Below are positions 9,586 to 16,310 of a DNA stretch of 32,000 bases, one piece after another. The position numbers and the translations under genes were made by a program. The stretch's first letter is position 1. Each line of letters opens with the position of its first letter. The stretch comes from Butyrivibrio fibrisolvens (GTDB lineage: Bacteria; Bacillota; Clostridia; Lachnospirales; Lachnospiraceae): assembly GCF_037113525.1 (NCBI RefSeq), contig NZ_CP146963.1, positions 2,553,052 through 2,585,051 of the forward strand, written 5' to 3'. Below the pieces are notes generated by a model, which saw only the letters and a list, made by a program, of their open reading frames with translations, had not been told where the DNA came from and ran no database searches.

Positions 9586-10527
9586 TCAGTAGAACGTCTT
9601 AACAAGACTTCCGATTATAAGATTCCAACCGTCTGCAAGTACGAACAGAAGTATTTTGAATGGCATAGAAATCGTAGTAGGCGGGAGCATCATCATACCC
9701 ATTGACATAAGTACGGATGCAACTACCATATCGATAACAATAAATGGGATGTAAATAAGGAAACCTATGATGAATCCGGTTCTAAGTTCACTTATCATAA
9801 ATGAAGGAACAAGGACCGTAGTCGGGATGTCATCAAGTGTTCCATCCCATTCATCTCCGCTTATCTCCATAAATAAAACAACGTCTTTGCGCTGGGTCTG
9901 TGGATACATGAACTCTCTTATAGGTTTCATGGCTTTATCCAAAAACTCCTGCTGAGTAACTTCGCCGTTATTAAACGGTACGTAAGCTTCATTGTATACA
10001 CGAAGTATAGTCGGCTGCATTATATAGAAGGTCAGAAACAGAGCCAGTCCTACAAGTACCATGTTAGGAGGGGCTGTCTGGGTATTAAGAGCTGTTCTTG
10101 TAAAGTGAAGAACCAGAATGATCCTCGTAAACGAGGTCATCATAATGATAATAGAAGGTAACAGTGCGAGCAGAGTAAGAGTTATGAAAATGCGCAGCGC
10201 ACCATTAATGTCACCGTTACCATTGTCGTAGGTAACGGTAACATAATTAGCAATATTAAGTTCCGAAAGGTCTTCAGCCGTTTCGGCTGTGCCGGGGTCT
10301 TTGATATTGGTACGTTCATCATCCGTACCAGTCAAATGATAATCCGGTTCAACAGTGGGGTCAGTGTCCGTGGTGTCATCAACATATTCTGTTCCGGCCT
10401 CGGTCGCAGTTGATACGATAGGAATTGCAAAAGAAAGAAAGGCCACCATAACCGCAGATGCCGCAGTGCTGATGACAGCTCTAGAAAGCAACCGGCGTAT
10501 GTTGTCCTTTCCCTTAGGATTTCTCAT
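9586..10527 (-). CDS. fliP: Flagellar export apparatus protein FliP, with an extended acidic N-terminal region
   Basis: 313 aa. The conserved FliP core is present (TSFTRIILVLHFTRTALNTQTAPPNMVLVGLALFLTFYIMQP ... MLPPTTISMPFKILLFVLADGW). It is preceded by a signal/TM segment and about 70 acidic Thr/Asp-rich residues. Confidence 0.9.
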   Translation of the reverse strand: MRNPKGKDNIRRLLSRAVISTAASAVMVAFLSFAIPIVSTATEAGTEYVDDTTDTDPTVEPDYHLTGTDDERTNIKDPGTAETAEDLSELNIANYVTVTYDNGNGDINGALRIFITLTLLALLPSIIIMMTSFTRIILVLHFTRTALNTQTAPPNMVLVGLALFLTFYIMQPTILRVYNEAYVPFNNGEVTQQEFLDKAMKPIREFMYPQTQRKDVVLFMEISGDEWDGTLDDIPTTVLVPSFMISELRTGFIIGFLIYIPFIVIDMVVASVLMSMGMMMLPPTTISMPFKILLFVLADGWNLIIGSLVKTFY

Positions 10528-10556
10528 ATTCCGCTTGATCCCCCGCTAAGCAAAGT

Positions 10557-10901
10557 TTATTTTTGCTGCCAACCCTGTTTAATTTTATCCATGATATTTT
10601 GGAAAGAATTACCTGAAGAAAAATCCTGCGCTGCAACTTCCACGTCCTCGGATGAAAGTTCACAGAGTTTTTCTATGGAATCCTTGCTCACAGCTATTGC
10701 CACATACTTCGAGCCAATACGTATTATCTGCACGTATTGGCTTGGGCTAAGGCGCATGACTTCAACAGATTCAATGTTGGTATTAACAGAATGGTTTTTC
10801 TGATATCCAGCAATAAATCTGGTCGTGAAATACGTAAGCACCAGAATAACTATGAATAAAAATATCACAGTTAAAAACTGAGCTATAGCTGTTACGTCCA
10901 A
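10557..10901 (-). CDS. fliO: FliO/FliZ-type flagellar export chaperone-like membrane protein
   Basis: 114 aa with one N-terminal TM helix, in the conserved slot between cheY and fliP (fliZ in B. subtilis). TTG start 2 nt after the cheY stop. Called by position and topology only. Confidence 0.6.
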   Translation of the reverse strand: MDVTAIAQFLTVIFLFIVILVLTYFTTRFIAGYQKNHSVNTNIESVEVMRLSPSQYVQIIRIGSKYVAIAVSKDSIEKLCELSSEDVEVAAQDFSSGNSFQNIMDKIKQGWQQK

Positions 10902-10902
10902 A

Positions 10903-11265
10903 TTATCCTATAACCTTCTTGACAGCCTCGAGAACACGGTCTGCCTGGAAAGGTTTAACGATAAAGTCACGAGCGCCTGACTGTATAGCTTCAACAACCA
11001 TGGCCTGCTGACCCATTGCTGAACACATGATAACTACGGCTTTAGGATCGCCTTCTTTGATCTTCTTGAGTGCCTGGATTCCATCCATCTCAGGCATAGT
11101 AATATCCATCAGCACAAGATCCGGATGAAGCTCATTATACTTTTCTACTGCTTTTGCTCCATTCTCTGCTTCGCCTGCGACATTGTAGCCATTTTTTGTA
11201 AGAATATCTTTGATCATCATTCTCATAAATGCTGCGTCATCACAAACTAACACATTTTTTGCCAT
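10903..11265 (-). CDS. cheY: Chemotaxis response regulator CheY
   Basis: 120-aa single receiver domain (VLVCDDAAFMR...LVLMDITMPEMDG...SAMGQ...FIVKPF). Conserved position after fliY. Confidence 0.9.
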   Translation of the reverse strand: MAKNVLVCDDAAFMRMMIKDILTKNGYNVAGEAENGAKAVEKYNELHPDLVLMDITMPEMDGIQALKKIKEGDPKAVVIMCSAMGQQAMVVEAIQSGARDFIVKPFQADRVLEAVKKVIG

Positions 11266-11308
11266 CGCTCATTCTCCATTTCTTTTTAGTAATATAGTTG
11301 TCGGTTAA

Positions 11309-11339
11309 GGAGATTAAATTACCATCGGTAATTTAACTC
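11309..11339 (-). repeat. GAGTTA-type hairpin in the cheY 5' leader
   Basis: GGAG(A)TTAAATTACC-ATC-GGTAATTTAACTC. 13 bp with one bulged A. The loop reads GAT on the sense strand. Confidence 0.8.
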
Positions 11340-11372
11340 GATTAAAAAAGCTAATCGCAATCTGCGTAAAAT

Positions 11373-11400
11373 ATATCGGACAGATATGCAAATTACTTTA
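11373..11400 (-). promoter_or_regulatory. Sigma-28 (SigD/FliA)-type promoter candidate upstream of cheY
   Basis: The minus strand reads TAAAGTAATTTGCATATCTGTCCGATAT. This has TAAA(GT) at -35 and CCGATAT at -10, with a spacer 1 nt longer than the TAAA-N15-GCCGATAT consensus. The TAAA overlaps the fliY stop codon. Confidence 0.45.
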
Positions 11401-12624
11401 CTTAATAATTTCTGTGACCCTGACACCAAAACTTTCGTCGATTACAACTACTTCTCCTTTGGCTACATACTTGCCGTTAACAAGTACGTCTACAGGTTCA
11501 CCTGCAACTTTATCCAGTTCTATGATAGTACCTGGTGCAAAATCAAGAATGTCAGAAATTGGCTTGTGCGTTCTACCAAGCTCAACAGTAACTTCAAGCG
11601 GAACGTCTTTGATCAGAGTAATGTTTTCGCCGCCTGCAATGAGCTGACCGTCCGGACTGAAATTCTGGAATGATGCCGGCTGAACGTTCATACTCTGCAT
11701 AGGCATCATCTGTGGCTGCATCATCATCTGCGGCTGCATCATAGGCTGTCCCATCATCGGCTGGCCCATCATTGGCTGCTGCATCATCGGCTGCTGTGCC
11801 ATAGACTGATCCATTGCTGGCGGAGGAGCTGCTGCATCCATCGCTGGCGCTGCATCCATTGCGGGAGCAGGCGCTGGTTCAGACGGAGGAGGAAGCTGAT
11901 CCTCTTTAGTGCTTGTAATAAAAGTATCATACAAACTCTTTGCAAAGTCAACAGGATACAACTGCATGATTGACGAATCCACAAGATCGCCGATCTGCAT
12001 CTTGAAGTTGATCCTTACAAAAGTTCCGCGCAGGAATTCTGCTATTTCACCAGGATCCGTATCCATGGCTGCAAGGAGCGTTGCCTGAGGCGGCGAAATA
12101 TCAACCTTCTCATCGATCATTGATGAAAGCGCTGTCGCAGCAGCACCCATCATCTGGTTCATGGCTTCGGAAATAGCAGACAGCTGCAGCTCTCCGATCT
12201 CACCATCCTGAATATTGGTACCGTCGCCGCCCATCATAAGATCAGTGATGACCATAACATCATGTTCTTTTAATATCATGATGTTACTGCCATCAAGACC
12301 GATCGTGTACTTGATCTGTACAAATACACACGGTCTCTCATAGTCACTCATGAGCTTATCCCAGTTGCATAATGAAACTACGGGCGTTGTGATATTAACC
12401 TTCTGATTTACGAGCGAGAAAAGAGTTGTCGCAGAAGAACCCATACTGATATTGGCAACTTCACCGACCGCGTCTTTTTCCACATCGGAAAGAAGGGACT
12501 CATCAATTTCACCACTCATAACGCTGCCTCCATCCGGCGCCGCATCACCCGAATCTCCGCCGCCAGATGTATCCATGCCTTCCAAAAGGGCATTAATTTC
12601 ATCCTGAGAGAGTGTTCCGTCCAT
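11398..12624 (-). CDS. fliY: Flagellar motor switch phosphatase FliY (CheC-like domain plus FliN C-terminal domain)
   Basis: 408 aa. N-terminal LSQDEINALL CheY-P docking motif, then a CheC-like region (DAVGEVANISMGSSATTLS; LSAISEAMNQMMGAAATALS). A Pro/Met/Gln low-complexity linker follows. The FliN/SpoA C-terminus reads LEVTVELGRT...IIELDK..GEPVDVLVNGK.VAKGEVVV. Confidence 0.9.
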   Translation of the reverse strand: MDGTLSQDEINALLEGMDTSGGGDSGDAAPDGGSVMSGEIDESLLSDVEKDAVGEVANISMGSSATTLFSLVNQKVNITTPVVSLCNWDKLMSDYERPCVFVQIKYTIGLDGSNIMILKEHDVMVITDLMMGGDGTNIQDGEIGELQLSAISEAMNQMMGAAATALSSMIDEKVDISPPQATLLAAMDTDPGEIAEFLRGTFVRINFKMQIGDLVDSSIMQLYPVDFAKSLYDTFITSTKEDQLPPPSEPAPAPAMDAAPAMDAAAPPPAMDQSMAQQPMMQQPMMGQPMMGQPMMQPQMMMQPQMMPMQSMNVQPASFQNFSPDGQLIAGGENITLIKDVPLEVTVELGRTHKPISDILDFAPGTIIELDKVAGEPVDVLVNGKYVAKGEVVVIDESFGVRVTEIIK

Positions 12625-12627
12625 CTT

Positions 12628-13608
12628 TTATTCCTCCTCTCTTATCACCGACGTAACCCTAACCGCATACTTTTTATCCGAAGTTCCAGGAAGTGCAGTG
12701 AATTTATCTATATTTCCCACATATACATGCATTTCCTGAGTAACTCTGGAATCAAGTCTTATAATGTCCCCTAGCTGAAGCTGTACAAAGTCACTGACAG
12801 ATACCTGACATTTTCCAAGCACTGCTTTGACAGGTACTTCAATCTTTCTAACGAGGGATTCAAGAAACTCTGAATCATTCTCTTCGTTATGCCTTTGCAT
12901 ACTGGAGAACCAGTACTTGGTATTCAGACGATCCATTACACTTTCAAGTGTAAAGAAAGGAAGACAGAAGTTCATGAGACCTTCTACTTCACCTATCTTC
13001 AGATTCAGTGTTACGATAGCGATCATATCTGTCGGAGATATGACCTGTGCAAACTGAGGATTGGTCTCTATTCTGTCAAGAATAGGATCAATGTTTACAA
13101 CGTTCTCCCATGGCTCGACCAGCTGCTGAACGCATATTGTTACCATTTTCTCTATAAGAGGCATCTCAATATCAGTGAAGGCTCTTGGCTTATCGAGCGC
13201 CGTTCCTTCACCGCCCAGCATTCTGTCTATAAAAGAAAATCCTATATTGGACTGAACTTCAACAATTATCTGACCCTGTAGCGGATTAAAATTAACAATA
13301 CCCAGAATTACAGGGTTTGAAAGAGCATTTGAAAATTCCGAGAATGTAACTGTTTCTGAGTTTTCAACTGTTATCTGTACATTTTTTCTAAGATAAAGGG
13401 GCAAAGTTGTAGCAAGAAGTCTTCCATAATGCTCAAAGATGATCTCAAGTGTTCTCAGATGCTCTTTAGAGAACTTCGCAGGGCGTCTGAAATCATAGTC
13501 CTTGACCTTTTTCTCATCGGCCTTGGACATCTCTTCGACATCTAGTTCACCTGTTGACAGCGCCGCCAGTAGGTTATCTATCTCATTTTGGCTTAAGACA
13601 TCACTCAT
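12628..13608 (-). CDS. fliM: Flagellar motor switch protein FliM
   Basis: 326 aa. N-terminal LSQNEIDNLL motif, a FliM middle domain, and a C-terminal SpoA-like part (GDIIRLD). Conserved fliL-fliM-fliY order. Confidence 0.9.
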   Translation of the reverse strand: MSDVLSQNEIDNLLAALSTGELDVEEMSKADEKKVKDYDFRRPAKFSKEHLRTLEIIFEHYGRLLATTLPLYLRKNVQITVENSETVTFSEFSNALSNPVILGIVNFNPLQGQIIVEVQSNIGFSFIDRMLGGEGTALDKPRAFTDIEMPLIEKMVTICVQQLVEPWENVVNIDPILDRIETNPQFAQVISPTDMIAIVTLNLKIGEVEGLMNFCLPFFTLESVMDRLNTKYWFSSMQRHNEENDSEFLESLVRKIEVPVKAVLGKCQVSVSDFVQLQLGDIIRLDSRVTQEMHVYVGNIDKFTALPGTSDKKYAVRVTSVIREEE

Positions 13609-13716
13609 ACTCCTCTATCTCCCATACCCTATTCGGACCAGAGTCAAACTTTTTGGGACCTGTTTTTTAGGTCCAGAGTTTAACGAGGTTGATTTATCAA
13701 ACTCATTAAACTCATA

Positions 13717-14256
13717 TTACATTTTTACTGGCAAGAATGAACTGAAGCTTATGTCATAAATGAATGCAGAACCGAAATAGTCCTGAACCTTATCAAGGAT
13801 CTCCCTCTCGATCGCTGCCTGGTTATCTGATACATTATCGAAGTTATACTGTGATACTACTTCATTAACAATAGACTTGATCTTGGATGTTGCACCTGCA
13901 AGACTTTCACTTGATCCAAGTGTTGCATAATCTGAATTTACAGTATCCATAGATATATTAAGTGAACACCGCAAGATCGCAGACTGACCGCTTTCTGTCT
14001 TGGAAAGAGATATCTGGATATCTGTGATCTCATAGTTAGCTGTATCAGCAGCTGTTATATCCGATGCCTGTCTTGCAAAGCCTGCGCTTGTTCCTGCGCC
14101 GCCCCCTGCTTCAAGTTCAAGAGCCGATGCAATATCCGATATTACTGTGGCTGTCTTTTGATTAGTCTGCATAACTGACAGCATTACTATTCCGGTAAGA
14201 ACCGTATTGATAATAAGTAAAGCCAGAATAATTATAGCCAGCATGTTCCTTTTCAT
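13717..14256 (-). CDS. fliL: Flagellar basal-body-associated protein FliL
   Basis: 179 aa with one N-terminal TM helix (MLAIIILALLIINTVLTGIVMLSV). Located between motB and fliM. Called mainly on size, topology and position. Confidence 0.65.
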   Translation of the reverse strand: MKRNMLAIIILALLIINTVLTGIVMLSVMQTNQKTATVISDIASALELEAGGGAGTSAGFARQASDITAADTANYEITDIQISLSKTESGQSAILRCSLNISMDTVNSDYATLGSSESLAGATSKIKSIVNEVVSQYNFDNVSDNQAAIEREILDKVQDYFGSAFIYDISFSSFLPVKM

Positions 14257-14271
14257 ATTCGTTCTCCTTTT

Positions 14272-15162
14272 TTAATATGAGGAACTTAAAGGATTATATA
14301 TTCTAATTTCTACACGTCTGTTCTTAGCTCTGCCTTCTGCTGTTGTGTTATCAGCAACCGGTACATATTCTCCTCTTCCGGAATGCTTGATATTAGCAGG
14401 ATCAAGTTCTGTTACATCCAAAATATAATAGAAAACAGAAAGTGCACGTGCATCAGAAAGCTCATCGTTATTAGCAAACATAGCATTACTGATGGGCACA
14501 TTATCTGTATGACCTTCGATTTCAATAGTTCCGCCTGCGTAGCTTTCAAGTACGGCTCCAACCTTATCAAGTACAGGATAAGCGCTTTCCTGAAGCTGGG
14601 CGCTACCTGATGCAAATAAGAGTGATCCACTTATGGTAAGCTGCACATACTGACTTGTATAGTTAAGTATTACGTCAGATATTACTTCCTCTTCTGTAAG
14701 CTCTGCCTTTTCTTCTTCAGTCATTCCGGCCTGAAGAGCCTCAGTAACTTCTTTTGCAAGCTGCTCTGAAGCTTCCATCTGGGCTGCTTCAAGTGTCGCT
14801 TCAGCTTCAGAGACGTCAGGACCGCCTTCAGATACATCTTCTCCGCTTGTTGCATCTGTTGTCTCATCAGCATCGCCTGATGCAGAAGCACCCATAGAAG
14901 TTGTATATGCAGAAAGCGAACTTAGCTGTGATACACCATCTCCAATCAGAGCGCCATCACCAAGTGCATTCTGACCACCATCGAAAATACCAAAAGCCGC
15001 ACTAAAGGAAGCTGCAACTTCCTCATATTTTGCCGCATCCAAAGTTGACATTGAGAAAAGTAGCACGAAGAAACACAGAAGCAGATTCATTAGATCGCCG
15101 AAGGTACCCTGCCAGGCAGGACATCCTTTTTTAGGCGGGGCTTCTTTTTTTGCTTTAGCCAT
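14272..15162 (-). CDS. motB: Flagellar stator protein MotB (OmpA-like peptidoglycan-binding C-terminus)
   Basis: 296 aa. N-terminal plug/TM region with the conserved Asp context (TFGDLMNLLLCFFVLLFSMS). A long acidic linker follows. The OmpA-like C-terminus reads IEGHTDNVPI....ANNDELSDARA......NRRVEIRI. Its ATG overlaps the motA stop (TAATG). Confidence 0.85.
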   Translation of the reverse strand: MAKAKKEAPPKKGCPAWQGTFGDLMNLLLCFFVLLFSMSTLDAAKYEEVAASFSAAFGIFDGGQNALGDGALIGDGVSQLSSLSAYTTSMGASASGDADETTDATSGEDVSEGGPDVSEAEATLEAAQMEASEQLAKEVTEALQAGMTEEEKAELTEEEVISDVILNYTSQYVQLTISGSLLFASGSAQLQESAYPVLDKVGAVLESYAGGTIEIEGHTDNVPISNAMFANNDELSDARALSVFYYILDVTELDPANIKHSGRGEYVPVADNTTAEGRAKNRRVEIRIYNPLSSSY

Positions 15163-15959
15163 TACTCACCTCCGCCACCACCATTAGCCGCATCGTAAGC
15201 TTCTCTTTCTGAAGGAGTCATGAATGCCTTAAGCTTTTCTTCTGTTACTCTGGGGTTCTCTCCTGCCTGTATAGACAAGATTCCCTCTATCATTACGCCT
15301 TTATATGTAAGCTCAGCGTCATTATCGAATTTAAGTTTTTCTGCAATAGGGAAACAAATCCAGTTCGCGATGGCGGATCCGTAGAATGTCGTGATAAGAG
15401 CAACCGCCATGTTAGGTCCAAGTGAAGATGCATCTGACATGTTATTAAGCATGTTAACAAGTCCGATGAGGGTACCGATCATACCCCAGGAAGGTCCCTG
15501 GCTGGCCCAGTCCTCAAAGAACTTGATGTTTAGCTTATGTCTTGCATCAACTGCATCAATCTCCGCCTCGAGAATGGCTCTTACAAGCTCAGGCTCAGTA
15601 CCGTCTGCTGTAAGAAGTAGTCCCTTTTTAAGAAGGGGGTCTTCAATACTGTTAGCTGCTTCTTCAAGAGCAAGAAGTCCTTCTTTTCTGGCGGTATTGG
15701 AAAGATCAACGATCTGTTTTACAAGTCCTGACATGTCAAGACTTGGCATCTTAATAACAACACCAATCGTCTTAAGTGCTGTGATAGCACCAGGAATCGT
15801 ATTGGTACCAAATGTTGCAAGAAGAGAACCACCGATTGTGATAACAACCGACGGTATATCAATGTAACTGGGAATAGTCTGAAGACCACCGGCCGTCGCA
15901 ATTCCCAGAAGGATTATTACAATTCCACCACCAAGAGCTGCTATTGTAGCTAGATCCAC
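15162..15959 (-). CDS. motA: Flagellar stator protein MotA (MotA/TolQ/ExbB proton channel)
   Basis: 265 aa with four TM helices and a typical C-terminal channel region (GMIGTLIGLVNML....LGPNMAVALITTFYGSAIAN). GTG start at 15959 with an AAGGAG RBS 7 nt upstream. Confidence 0.88.
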   Translation of the reverse strand: MDLATIAALGGGIVIILLGIATAGGLQTIPSYIDIPSVVITIGGSLLATFGTNTIPGAITALKTIGVVIKMPSLDMSGLVKQIVDLSNTARKEGLLALEEAANSIEDPLLKKGLLLTADGTEPELVRAILEAEIDAVDARHKLNIKFFEDWASQGPSWGMIGTLIGLVNMLNNMSDASSLGPNMAVALITTFYGSAIANWICFPIAEKLKFDNDAELTYKGVMIEGILSIQAGENPRVTEEKLKAFMTPSEREAYDAANGGGGGE

Positions 15960-16082
15960 GTTAAATCTCCTTTATCCATCTTAGAATAAGGTTTGAAAGA
16001 CAGGACTTTCAAACGCGAGAATAACAATAGATAGACATGGTTCGTGCAATCAATTCCGCAATTAATGTTTATTATAAAAATT

Positions 16083-16146
16083 ATTATATCACGAAATATT
16101 GTACTTGTCTGTCAATTTTATACTAATGACACAAATATTTTTGCAA
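16083..16146 (-). promoter_or_regulatory. Candidate sigma-A promoters for the motA-led transcription unit
   Basis: On the minus strand, TTGCAA (16146-41), an 18-nt spacer, then TATAAA (16122-17). Downstream lies an extended -10 TGATATAAT (16091-83). A perfect TTGACA at 16115-10 is 21 nt from that -10, which is too far. The gap is AT-rich, and a hairpin at 15991-16014 sits in the leader. Confidence 0.4.
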
Positions 16147-16220
16147 TTTTTGGTAAAATTTGTTGATATTGGTTGATTCTTTAATTGATTAAAACAAAAA
16201 ACAATTTGATACAAATCATA

Positions 16221-16256
16221 TTCTTGCATGCACCTTTTTTAAGATGCATGCAAGAA
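16221..16256 (-). terminator. Hairpin 55 nt downstream of flgE (possible partial terminator or mRNA-stabilising stem)
   Basis: TTCTTGCATGCA, a 12-nt loop, then TGCATGCAAGAA: a 12-bp perfect stem. On the sense strand it is followed by UAUGAUUUGUAUC, which is only moderately U-rich. Confidence 0.4.
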
Positions 16257-16310
16257 ATATAGGGTGTCCTATAGGGACCTGTATTCAGGTCTCATGTACC
16301 TGATCATTCA

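Noticed and set aside
15960-16310. Search for a small flbD gene between flgE and motA
   Set aside because: No minus-strand ORF with a start codon, RBS and FlbD-like sequence can be read in the gap. The region is treated as regulatory and non-coding.
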